A DNA stretch of 64,000 nt from Acidimicrobiia bacterium (GCA_965215185.1 OZ244034.1:1728001-1792000); one strand, 5' to 3'. Shown: positions 19,903 through 29,358, numbered from the stretch's first letter. The notes: generated by a model not told the origin, from the letters alone. A program made the numbers and translations.

Positions 19903-20820
19903 TCACCCACCGTTTCGGTAGGCCTCCATGAAGTCTTCCATGGCAGCCAGATGCTGATCCACGGTGAAGTCATATCCGATCGTTCCCAGGAAAGCATGGG
20001 TCACCCCGGCCTTGTCCCACTCCCGGGAGCGGTGGGCGTACTCGGCGGGGTCCCAAGGGACCAGACCCGTGAATCCCACCTCCCCTACCAGCATCCCCAC
20101 TCCGATCTCAGAAGGATCCCTGCCTTTCTGGCGGGCGGCTTCCTCCACCACCTTCAACCGGTTGCGAAGACCCACAGGGTTTCCGGTGCGGTCGGGAAGA
20201 TGAGCGGTTACCGGAGAACCAGCCGAAGCAAGCCAGCCGTCTGCCAACCAGCCGATCCGTCTCAGCACCGGATCGGCCCACCCTCCGATCCAGAGGGGGA
20301 TACGCCGGTTGGGACGGTGGTTGATCCCCGCCGCCACCACCTGATCGAACTCGCCCTCAAAGGTGACCAACTCTTCTTCCCACAATCTGCGCAGCAGCAT
20401 GACCTGCTCTTCGAACCGCCGGCCCCGGGTGCCGAAATCCTGGCCCAGAGCCTGGTATTCGACCTGGTTCCAACCCACACCAACTCCCAGGGTGAACCTC
20501 TCCCCGGACAACAGGTCCAAGGTGGCGGCTTGTTTGGCCACCAGGGCGGTCTGCCGCTGCGGCAGAACCAGCACTCCCAACCACAACTCGATGCGGGTGG
20601 TGATCCCCGCCATGTAACCGAACAGAACAAAAGGCTCGTGAAAAGTCGTCTCATATGTGTAGGGACCGGTGAGCACATGGCGGGAAGGGTCGGCCCCCAG
20701 CACATGCTCGTAGGTGAGGATCGAGTCGAAGCCCAACCCTTCGGCGGTCTCCGTCCAGGCCCGTACCGCCGCCGGATCCGAGCCGATCTCGGTCTGGGGG
20801 AAAACCACTCCGATGTCCAT
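19903..20820 (-). CDS. LLM-class F420-dependent oxidoreductase
   Basis: GVVFPQTEIG, YEHVLG, FHEPFVLFGY, LPQRQTALVAKQAA, GWNQVEY. Confidence 0.9.
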   Translation of the reverse strand: MDIGVVFPQTEIGSDPAAVRAWTETAEGLGFDSILTYEHVLGADPSRHVLTGPYTYETTFHEPFVLFGYMAGITTRIELWLGVLVLPQRQTALVAKQAATLDLLSGERFTLGVGVGWNQVEYQALGQDFGTRGRRFEEQVMLLRRLWEEELVTFEGEFDQVVAAGINHRPNRRIPLWIGGWADPVLRRIGWLADGWLASAGSPVTAHLPDRTGNPVGLRNRLKVVEEAARQKGRDPSEIGVGMLVGEVGFTGLVPWDPAEYAHRSREWDKAGVTHAFLGTIGYDFTVDQHLAAMEDFMEAYRNGG

Positions 20821-20830
20821 GGAGGTTCTC

Positions 20831-22381
20831 CTACGCCTGCTCGGCGGCGTACATGTCCCTGAGTTCACCCTTGAGAATCTTCCCGGACGGGTTGCGAGGA
20901 ATCACGTCAATAGTCCCCACCGAGGTCGGGCACTTGTAATGGGCGATGCGGCTGCGGCAGAACTCGATGATCTCGGCCTCGGTGGGCGCCTCGTCGCCGG
21001 CCGCCACAATCACCGCCCGGGGAGTCTCACCCCACTTGGCGCTGGGTACGCCGATCACCGCCACATCAGACACTCCCGGGTGCTCCATCAGCACATTCTC
21101 CACCTCGGCTGGGTAGATGTTCTCCCCACCAGAGATGATCATGTCCTTGATTCGGTCTCGGATGTACAGGAATCCGTCAGCGTCCAGCGATCCGGCGTCG
21201 CCGGTGCGCATCCACCCCTCGGCGTTGATGGTCTCGGCGGTGGCTCGCGGGTTCTTCCAATAGCCGCTCATCAGCTGAGGGGAGCGCAGCCAGATCTCGC
21301 CCACCTCGTCCGCGGCCAGATCCTCGGTGCTGACCGGGTCCACGATCCGAAGGTCCACGTTGGCGTGCGGTCGGCCCACCGACAAAAGCCGGTAGGCGTA
21401 AGGGCCGCCGGGATCGTGCTCGTCGGGATGAAGCGTCGTAACCCCGTTGCAGGACTCGGTGAGCCCGTACACCCCCGCGAAATCACAGCCCAGCACGTCC
21501 ATGGACTTGCGGAGGACCTCTTCGGAGATGGGCGACCCTCCGTAGACGATGGTTCGAAGCGCCGAGAAGTCCGCTTCGGCCACTCCCGGCACCTCCAGCA
21601 TGAATTGGAGAAGCACCGGCACCAGAAAAGCGTTGGAGATCCGGTGTCGAATCACCAGGTCCATCAGCAGCGAGGGGATGTTGTCACGGGCGATGATGGA
21701 GGTGTTGCCGTTGTACAACCCCAGCGTCGACCATCCCACGCCACCGATGTGGAACATGGGAAGGTTGACCAGGTTCACCGAGTCGCCGTCGAAGCCCCAC
21801 ATGGGAGAGCAGGTCCGCTTCAACTCCATGAAGGCGTCGTTGGGAATCATCGCCCCCTTCGGGAACCCGGTGGTGCCCGAAGAGAAAAGCAGAAACACAG
21901 TGTCATCTGCTCCCGCGCCTCCGTCCGGGTCGTCGGCGGGATAGCTGTCCCGCCACTCCTCGAACGACTGGTGGCTCTCGTGGCCTCCCACCACCAGAAT
22001 CTTTTGCACGGTGGCGAGGTCGCCAGCGATCTCGTCCAGCACCGGGACATACTCCTGCCCCACTACCAGCAGCTTGATCTCGGCGTCATTGACAACCCCG
22101 GTGATCTCCCGCGGGGAGAGCCGCCAATTGATACCGGCATGCACCGCTCCCAACTTGGCGGCCCCGAACAAGAAATCGAAGAATTCCATGCAGTTTTTGT
22201 CCAGGAACCCCACATGGTCCCCGTGTCCCACCCCGGCGGCGGCCATGGCGTTGGCGGTGCGGTTGGAACGCTCATCCAATTCGACGAAGGTGACTGCCTC
22301 AGTTTCGTAGACCAGTGCGGTCTTATCGGGTTGAAGGGCGGCGTGGTGCCGGACGACCCCGGCGATGTTGTTGATGCTCAT
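20831..22381 (-). CDS. Long-chain fatty acid--CoA ligase
   Basis: SSGTTGFPKG, YGLTE, WMRTGD, SGGENIYPAEVE, RNPSGKILK. Confidence 0.93.
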   Translation of the reverse strand: MSINNIAGVVRHHAALQPDKTALVYETEAVTFVELDERSNRTANAMAAAGVGHGDHVGFLDKNCMEFFDFLFGAAKLGAVHAGINWRLSPREITGVVNDAEIKLLVVGQEYVPVLDEIAGDLATVQKILVVGGHESHQSFEEWRDSYPADDPDGGAGADDTVFLLFSSGTTGFPKGAMIPNDAFMELKRTCSPMWGFDGDSVNLVNLPMFHIGGVGWSTLGLYNGNTSIIARDNIPSLLMDLVIRHRISNAFLVPVLLQFMLEVPGVAEADFSALRTIVYGGSPISEEVLRKSMDVLGCDFAGVYGLTESCNGVTTLHPDEHDPGGPYAYRLLSVGRPHANVDLRIVDPVSTEDLAADEVGEIWLRSPQLMSGYWKNPRATAETINAEGWMRTGDAGSLDADGFLYIRDRIKDMIISGGENIYPAEVENVLMEHPGVSDVAVIGVPSAKWGETPRAVIVAAGDEAPTEAEIIEFCRSRIAHYKCPTSVGTIDVIPRNPSGKILKGELRDMYAAEQA

Positions 22382-22437
22382 GTGGACGGCTCCCAGTGGC
22401 TAAGACGTGTCTTACAAATTGATCTTCGATCCCGGGG

Positions 22438-23778
22438 TCACCATTCCATGGTGCCGGCCTGCTCCAATGCACGGTCGACCATTCCCACCATGGTGTCGAT
22501 GTCCGAACGTGTTGAAATCAAAGGCGGGCACAACATAATCTTGGGTTCTCCCCGGTCGTCGGCCCGAGTGTAGAGACCTGCTTCCATCATCAGAGGAGGG
22601 AGGGTCTGTTTCAGCAACACGTCGGTCTGCTCGGCAGTGAGGCGCCGTCCGGTTTCCCGATCAGCGGTCAACTCCACGGCGTAGAAGAACCCCATTCCCC
22701 GCACATCGCTCACCATGCGATGCCCAGCGGCCATCCGCTCCAACTGATTGCGAAAATGACCGGCCAGACCGCGCACGTTGCCCACCACATCCTCATCACG
22801 AAGCGCAGTCAGGTTGGCGACCGCGGTGGCGGCCACCACCGGATGGCCACCCCAGGTCGCTCCGTGATTGAAGGTGCCGATGTGCGAATCCATCAGTTCC
22901 TCGAAAACCGGCTGGCGAATCAACAGGCCGCCGATGGGAGCATATGAGGAGGTGGCTCCCTTGGCGAAGGTGAGCAGATCCGGGACCACTCCCATCACCT
23001 GCGACCCGAACCACTCCCCCAGGCGCCCGAACCCGTTGATGACCTCATCCGCGCAGAGCAGCACCCCGTATTTGTCACAGATGCGACGCAGTTCCTGCCA
23101 GTAGCCGACGGGAGGAACTATCGCGCCTCCGCCGTTCTGCACCGGCTCGGCCAGCACCATCGCCACCGTCTCGGGTCCCTCCTCCAATATGGCCTGCTCC
23201 ACGCAGGCCGCCGCCTCCACTCCGTCGGTGAACCCCAACGTGTTGGGGACTTTGCGGAATCCATAAAGCAGCGGTCCGTAGGCTTCCCGAATGCCGGGCA
23301 GGCCGGTGGCCGACAGGGCGCCCAGGGTGGTGCCGTGATAGGACAGGTTGCGGCTTATCACCTTCACCCGACGAGGCTCGTTGCGCGCCGAGTGATACTG
23401 GCGTGAGAATTTGATGGCCGACTCCACAGCCTCTGACCCGGAACTGACCAGGAACACCACGTCCAGGTCGCCAGGCGCCAGGGAGGCGATCAGATTGGAG
23501 GCTTCGATGGTGGCGGGGGTGGTCGCCGACCAGGAGGGCGTGTAGGCGAGGGTCTTCATTTGTTCCCCGGCCGCCGCGGCGATGTCCCCGCGGCCATGAC
23601 CGATCTGGACCGAGAACAACCCGGCCAGGCCGTCGATGTAGGAATTCCCGTCCTGGTCCCAGATGCGGATGCCCTCTCCTCTGACCCAAATTGGTGCTCC
23701 TCCACTTCGCCACAGCTTCCCAGCGGTGAAATGCAAAGCGGTGTGGGCCAGGGAGTTGGTGGTGAGCGTGGTGGTCAT
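22438..23778 (-). CDS. tpa: Class III PLP aminotransferase, probable taurine--pyruvate aminotransferase
   Basis: SGSEAVE, SYHGTT, DEVINGFGR, TFAKG; directly downstream of xsc (specificity inferred from context). Confidence 0.75.
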   Translation of the reverse strand: MTTTLTTNSLAHTALHFTAGKLWRSGGAPIWVRGEGIRIWDQDGNSYIDGLAGLFSVQIGHGRGDIAAAAGEQMKTLAYTPSWSATTPATIEASNLIASLAPGDLDVVFLVSSGSEAVESAIKFSRQYHSARNEPRRVKVISRNLSYHGTTLGALSATGLPGIREAYGPLLYGFRKVPNTLGFTDGVEAAACVEQAILEEGPETVAMVLAEPVQNGGGAIVPPVGYWQELRRICDKYGVLLCADEVINGFGRLGEWFGSQVMGVVPDLLTFAKGATSSYAPIGGLLIRQPVFEELMDSHIGTFNHGATWGGHPVVAATAVANLTALRDEDVVGNVRGLAGHFRNQLERMAAGHRMVSDVRGMGFFYAVELTADRETGRRLTAEQTDVLLKQTLPPLMMEAGLYTRADDRGEPKIMLCPPLISTRSDIDTMVGMVDRALEQAGTMEW

Positions 23779-23796
23779 ATAGACATTCTCCTCTTG

Positions 23797-25530
23797 CTAT
23801 TGATTAGCGGCCAGATGCCGATAGCGGTCTAGGTGCCTCACCGGCTGTTGCAGGGCGTCGCGGCGGAAAGGCTCGGCCAATTCTTCGGGGTCAACCATCA
23901 CCTCCACCACGGTGGCCACTTCCGGATCAAGCGATTCCCCGAAAGCGTCCTTCAGGTCGGCGGGATCGGTAACCCTGATCCCCCGTCCTCCCATGGCGGT
24001 GGCGATTTCCGCAAAATTGAACCCTCCCAACTGGTGTCCGATGTTGGTACCCACGAAACGGTCGTCGTAGAAGTCGATCTGGTTGCGCTTCTCCGCTCCC
24101 CACTGCTGGTTATTGAAAACCACCGCCGTCACCGGCAGGTCCTCCTCCACGGCGGTCATCACCTCACTGAGGCTCATCCCCCACGCTCCGTCGCCGACGA
24201 TGGCGAACACCGGAGACTTGGGCGAAGCCAGCTTGGCGCCCAGCGCCCCCGGATAGGCGAAACCGCAGTTGCCAAAACCCATGGCGGCCATAAACCGCCG
24301 GGGCTTGGTGAACCGCAGATAACCATTGGAGACCGAACAGATATTTCCTATGTCGGTGGTGACAAAGGTGTCATCGGTGAGCGTCGCCGCCAACTCGCTC
24401 AGAGCCCGTCGCGGGCTAATAAGAGTGGCGTCGGAAGCCGAGCGGGAGGACAGCTCCTTGTCCCAACTGGCTTTGGTTGCCGCAATGTGGTCCATCCGCG
24501 CCTGATCCACCGGCCGGTCACCCACACTGGCCGCCAGCCGGGCCGAAATAGCCTCGGCCGCTTGGCGGGCGTCGGCGATGATCCCCAACTCGATGGGCTT
24601 GGAACGGCCCAGTTGCTCGGGGTCTATGTCGATCTGCACCACCTTGGCCGATCGTGGATAGAAATCCAGGCCGTACTGGGGAACCGTTCCGAACACGTTG
24701 ATCCGGCAGCCCAACATCAAAACCACATCGGCTTCCGACAAAAGCTCCATAGCCGCCCTCGAACCCATGTAGCCCAACGGTCCCACCGAGAGGGGATGGG
24801 TATAGGGGAAGGCGTCGTTGTGCAGGTAGGAGGCGGCCACGGGGGCGCCGAGTTGCTCGGCCAGCCGGGCGGTCTGCTGGTAGGCGTCAGACAGCACCAC
24901 CCCATATCCGGCCACGATCACCGGGCGGCGAGCCTCGGCCAGCAGGGCCGCGGCCTTGTCCAGCAGGGCGGGGTCGCCGGCTCCGCGCTCGCCGGAACGG
25001 TACTGGTTGGGTTCCAGAATCTCCTCATGGGATTCCCCGTAGAAGAAATCGCGGGGAATGTCAACCTGCACCGGCCCCAGATGGGCCATGGCCATCCGGA
25101 AGGCGGTCCTCATCGATTCGGCCATCCGATCAGGACGGGGAACCTGCAATTGAAATTTGGTGATAGAACGGAAAATGGAGAGTTGTTCCACCTCTTGGAA
25201 CCCGTCCAGTCCAACCGATCCCGAAGTCGCCGAGGGAGTGATGATCACCATCGGAGAGTGGGCGTGATAGGCAGCGGCGATCCCGGTGACCATATTGGTG
25301 ATCCCCGGACCGTTTTGGGCGGTGCAGACCGAGGGGCGGCCGGTGGCCCGAGCGTAGGTGTCGGCCATATGAGCGGCGTTCTGCTCATGGCGGACCGGTA
25401 AAAACCGGATGCCCGCCGCCGGGAAGAGATCAAGGGCGTCCATAAAGGCCGATCCCACGATTCCGGGAACAGTGGTTACTCCCTCCACTCTGAGGGTCTC
25501 AACCAAGGCCTCGCTGGGGGTCATCACCAT
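23797..25530 (-). CDS. xsc: Sulfoacetaldehyde acetyltransferase
   Basis: Xsc signatures MTPSEA..GIVGSAFMD..DLFP.AGIRF, GDGAWGMS, WGAEKRNQ.DFY..RFVG, EPFRRDA. Confidence 0.93.
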   Translation of the reverse strand: MVMTPSEALVETLRVEGVTTVPGIVGSAFMDALDLFPAAGIRFLPVRHEQNAAHMADTYARATGRPSVCTAQNGPGITNMVTGIAAAYHAHSPMVIITPSATSGSVGLDGFQEVEQLSIFRSITKFQLQVPRPDRMAESMRTAFRMAMAHLGPVQVDIPRDFFYGESHEEILEPNQYRSGERGAGDPALLDKAAALLAEARRPVIVAGYGVVLSDAYQQTARLAEQLGAPVAASYLHNDAFPYTHPLSVGPLGYMGSRAAMELLSEADVVLMLGCRINVFGTVPQYGLDFYPRSAKVVQIDIDPEQLGRSKPIELGIIADARQAAEAISARLAASVGDRPVDQARMDHIAATKASWDKELSSRSASDATLISPRRALSELAATLTDDTFVTTDIGNICSVSNGYLRFTKPRRFMAAMGFGNCGFAYPGALGAKLASPKSPVFAIVGDGAWGMSLSEVMTAVEEDLPVTAVVFNNQQWGAEKRNQIDFYDDRFVGTNIGHQLGGFNFAEIATAMGGRGIRVTDPADLKDAFGESLDPEVATVVEVMVDPEELAEPFRRDALQQPVRHLDRYRHLAANQ

Positions 25531-25771
25531 TGGTTTCTCCTAATGCAATAGACGTGGTGCTTAAAACTACTAGAGCCGCTGTGTGATTAGGCCCCCAGGC
25601 TGAGATCCTATGTCAAATCTTGGGGCTTTTGGCTGTGGAGGTGGGTCCAGATGCGGTTTCGGGGTTTGGCGTTTTGGGGCTCCGGTGGCTTCTCTTTTGG
25701 TTTCGGCGGTGGCGAGTTTGTTTCACCCAAAGGCGACGGATAGCTAGATCATCGAGCCGGTCGGTCGGCTC

Positions 25772-26785
25772 TTATGTCTGCAGTATGCGCCGGGAGAGGT
25801 CCCGGGCCCCGTCCATGTCGGAGACAAACCGGTCGGCGGGGACTCTCGACAGCACATCGAGTACTTGAAGACTCTCGGCCACCGGACCCTCAAGGCCCAA
25901 CACGATGCACTCGGTGTCCTCGGCTATTGCAACATCGATCAACTGCCCAACGACCAGGGCCGCGCTGTCATCCATGGTAATCGGCGCCGGAAAAGTCGAG
26001 GATCACCACCTCATGATCCCGAATATCCACGCTGAGCGTGCCAACCATCTTGTTGGAAGAAGCCACCGTGAAGGTCCCCTGGAAGGCCACCAATCCCACC
26101 CGCGCCGAGAAAGGATCCATATCCTGGCTGATTGTCCTGTCCATCAGGAAACTGTGGTCCAGCAGTGGCACGGAAATTATATTGTCCAACTCCAGATGCT
26201 CCAGTTGCAACGCACTCACCATTCCGGCCACCACCAGACCCACCACCGCCGTCACCAGATCGAGGAAGACCGTAAGCCCCAGAGTGGTCGCCATCACCAC
26301 CAGGTTCTCCCGTTTGATGTAGCGGATGCGGGTAAGAAAACGCCAGTCGATGATGTCCCAGCCGACCTTCATCAGAATGCCGGCAAGAGCCGCCAGAGGG
26401 ACCTGCTCGACAAACCCCCCGAGACCCAAGACCAGACCAAAGAGGATTGCTGCGCTTGTCATCCCCGACAATCTGCTCAATCCGCCGGCCCGGGCATTTA
26501 CCACTGTCCCGAGCGTGTTGCCGGCGCCGGGAACTCCTCCCACCAAACCGGCGAGCATGTTGCCCACGCCCTGGCCCATCAATTCCTGGTTGGGTTATGT
26601 TGGTTACGGGTGATCGAATCGGCTATCAGAGCGGTAAGCAAGGTATCGATGGCGCCCAGTAGGGCGAGGGTCAGAGCCGGCTGCACCGCGCCAGCCAGAA
26701 GGTCGCGGTGGGTTGGGATGATTGGGTGTTGATGGTGGTGGGGGGGAGGCTAGACCGGCCGGGCAGGTCACCTGCGGGGTGGGTT
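25772..26785 (-). pseudogene. SulP anion transporter paralog, C-terminal part with STAS domain, frameshifted and missing its N-terminal part
   Basis: QPALTLALLGAIDTLL..IADSIT / ELMGQGVGN...VVILDFS / MDDSAALVV in three frames, each matching the intact SulP; left boundary firm, right boundary approximate. Confidence 0.88.
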
Positions 26786-26899
26786 AGGTGGGGTGGATGG
26801 CCCGGAGAAAGGATTGGGAACCAGACATCAGGTATTTAGCGACGGCAATTACCCCCAACCGCAAAGCGTTACCAGGCATCGTTATTGTCCACGGCGGTG

Positions 26900-26987
26900 T
26901 GACCTTTTCTGCTCGATGTGGGATCATGCAACAGGATGCACTGACCTTTTCTGCTCGACCCGCGCCGTGGGATCATGCAACAGGATG
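26900..26987 (+). repeat. Imperfect tandem duplication (2 copies of about 39-46 bp)
   Basis: TGACCTTTTCTGCTCGA at 26900 and 26942; GTGGGATCATGCAACAGGATG at 26918 and 26967. Confidence 0.9.
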
Positions 26988-27054
26988 GTCTGCCGAGACA
27001 CCCGAAGCCCGGCATTAACCCAAGGTGTGGCTACAACTTGGGAGAAAGTACACC

Positions 27055-27463
27055 CTAGGCGGAAGAATCCCGGCCAGTGAGGGCGCGGGCCGCCTCGACG
27101 ATCGACGCCAGCGAGCTTCCGGGCGGGAACACCCCGACGTTGCGTTCCGTCAGCCGAGATATGGCCTGAGGCGGCACGGTCCCACCCACGAACACAGGAA
27201 TGTCCCCCACTCCGGCCGTTTCCATCTCGTCGAGGGTCCTCTCCACCACCTCCACCCGGCCACCGACGTTGATTCCCACCAGGTCGACGTCTTCGGCGGC
27301 CGCCACGCTGGCGATCTCGCTGGGTCGTAGCATCCCACCCAGGATCACTTCGAATCCAGCTTCCCGAAGCGCCCGTGCCACCACCGCCACTCCCCGCCAG
27401 TGACCGTCCAAGCTGCATCTTGGCCATCAGCACCCGAGCGGGCGGTGGGAGATGATCAGACAT
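27055..27463 (-). CDS. Cobalamin-binding small subunit of an acyl-CoA mutase, with an apparent 1-nt frameshift near codon 16
   Basis: MSDHLPPPARVLMAK in one frame, (S)LDGHWRG...EDVDLVG...VFVGG in the next; DxHxxG motif. Confidence 0.85.
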
Positions 27464-29093
27464 TGATCGGCGCCTGCCAGTGCCAGTCCCCGAAAGTCCC
27501 CCTCAGCACATCCCCGATCTCACCGATGGAGGCATCGGAGCTCACCGCCTCCATGAAAGCGGGAATGGAGTTCACCGAATCGTTGCGGCACACCGCTTCC
27601 AAGTTGCGAAGCGCCTTCATGGCCCCCTCCCGATGACGGGTGCGACGAAGGTCGGAGAGACGCTCCATGGCCATCTCCCAGGTCTGGGCGCCCGAGCGCC
27701 CCTCGAAGGCCTTCACCTCCATGATGGGATCATCGATGGTGTGGGTGTTCACCCCCACTATCGCTCGATCCCCCGTCTCAATTCCCGCCACGATGCGCTG
27801 ATTGTTCTCCTCGGCGCACTCCAAGAGAAATCCGTCGTCGAGCACCGCCAAGAATCCTCCCCGGGATTGGATCTGCTCGAAGAACTTCCAGCCTCGCTCC
27901 TCCAGTTCACCGGTGAGAGACTCGATGTAGTAGCTCCCGCCCAGCGGGTCGGCCACCTCCCGAAGGCTGATCTCGTTTTGGAGGATCTGCTGGATGCGAA
28001 TAGACATCAGGTGGGCGTGGTCGGAGGGGATGGACATCGCCTCGTCGTAGCCGGACACTCCCAGGGACTGGGTGCCTCCCAACACCGACGCCAGCGCCAT
28101 CAGCGTTCCCCGCACGATGTTGTTGAAAGGCTCCTGGTAGGTCATGGCGCTGCCGGCGGTCACCACGTGGATTCTCATCTGCCGAGCTTTCTCATCGGTG
28201 ATCCCATAGCGCTCCGCCAGCATGTCCGACCACATCTTGCGGGCCGCTCGCAATTTGGCGGCATCTTCGAATATCTCCATGGACACCCGGAAATTGACCC
28301 CTCCGATGCGATGCGCCAAGCGTTCCACATCCACCCTGCCGCGCGCCGCGATCATGTCAAGGTACTGGGCGGCGTTGGCCATCACCGCCCCCAATTCCTG
28401 GAACGCCGAGAGGCCGCTGTCCGCCGCGTTGTAACCGGCGATGGAGACGGGCACCCACCGAGGCATCCGCTCCGAGCACCACTCGATCAGATCCAGGTTG
28501 AAGCGGATCGCCGCCTCGGGGGGGATCTGCTCCTTGGTGGGACACCCCAGGTAGGTAAGAAAGAAGTCGCTCTGTCCCGTCCCGGCCAGCTTCTCGAGCG
28601 GAATTCCCCGCCGAACGGCCACCGACCAGTAGCAGGGCAGCGTGTAGACCGCTGATTGGGCTACTCCACCTCCCGGCTTGGCGTAGATCGATTCAAGGGG
28701 GAGATCCGCGAGAATGGTCTCATAGTCCCGCAAGCCCACCGTGACCGTCCCGGTCAGGCCCACATCCTCCCGCCTCTCCACGATCTCGGGGTGATCGACA
28801 TCGTATAGGTGGTCGTCGGTCATCCGGTCGTGCTTGATAATGATCCCGGTTTCGCCCGCCTCGAACAGGAGAAACTTGAGCCGCTTGTTCATGTCCTCGG
28901 GATTGCCGTACCCCGAGAGTTGGAAGATCCGCCAGGGCCTGTCCCGGTACATACGGGGATAGGCGCCGCGCAGATAGGGCGCCTTACCGGGTGGCGCGGC
29001 CAGGGCCTCTCTGATTCCGGCCGGGACATCCTCCGGCCCATACACCAGCTTGAGTGGTATTCCAGAGGTGGTCTCGGGTTGGTTTTCGATCAT
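27456..29093 (-). CDS. B12-dependent acyl-CoA mutase large subunit (methylmalonyl-CoA mutase family, atypical specificity)
   Basis: PYLRGAYPRMYRDRPW, AAKLRAAR, QEPFNNIVR, GGTQSL...DEA, DPLGGSYYIESLT. Confidence 0.9.
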   Translation of the reverse strand: MIENQPETTSGIPLKLVYGPEDVPAGIREALAAPPGKAPYLRGAYPRMYRDRPWRIFQLSGYGNPEDMNKRLKFLLFEAGETGIIIKHDRMTDDHLYDVDHPEIVERREDVGLTGTVTVGLRDYETILADLPLESIYAKPGGGVAQSAVYTLPCYWSVAVRRGIPLEKLAGTGQSDFFLTYLGCPTKEQIPPEAAIRFNLDLIEWCSERMPRWVPVSIAGYNAADSGLSAFQELGAVMANAAQYLDMIAARGRVDVERLAHRIGGVNFRVSMEIFEDAAKLRAARKMWSDMLAERYGITDEKARQMRIHVVTAGSAMTYQEPFNNIVRGTLMALASVLGGTQSLGVSGYDEAMSIPSDHAHLMSIRIQQILQNEISLREVADPLGGSYYIESLTGELEERGWKFFEQIQSRGGFLAVLDDGFLLECAEENNQRIVAGIETGDRAIVGVNTHTIDDPIMEVKAFEGRSGAQTWEMAMERLSDLRRTRHREGAMKALRNLEAVCRNDSVNSIPAFMEAVSSDASIGEIGDVLRGTFGDWHWQAPINV

Positions 29094-29159
29094 TGAGTTG
29101 GGGGTGTTGTGATAGTCCTAGTCTGTCGACAACTTTACCGGTCCTTTGCCTCTCCCCTC

Positions 29160-29300
29160 ACGAAACAACACTTCCACGGCCGGGGTATCGAGTTCCCAGG
29201 CGACCCTGTTCGACCAACCGGAGGACCATCGCTGCGGTGACCGGCTTGTTGATCGAGGCGATCCAGCACACCGCATCGAGCGTCATCGACTCCTCTTCCT
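29160..29300 (-). pseudogene. Remnant of a serine hydrolase (beta-lactamase class C/EstB-like)
   Basis: Manual translation MTLDAVCWIASINKPVTAAMVLRLVEQGRL[shift]ELDTPAVEVL with SxxK motif; rest of gene absent. Confidence 0.7.
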
Positions 29301-29358
29301 CCACAGAGCACAACACGTCTGGGCTGCGGCACACATAGACAATGTCCGGGTCCGGAGC

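Noticed and set aside
20714-25401. Long plus-strand ORFs 20714..22573 and 23833..25401 (also 18083..19618, 55270..56793)
   Set aside because: Antisense to well-supported genes; a common high-GC artefact with no recognisable motifs.
26706-26800. G-quadruplex or telomere-like GGGTTAGG tract
   Set aside because: A single occurrence within decayed pseudogene sequence; no evidence of function.
26900-26987. Mini-CRISPR
   Set aside because: Only two copies, the would-be spacer is itself duplicated, and there is no leader or cas gene.
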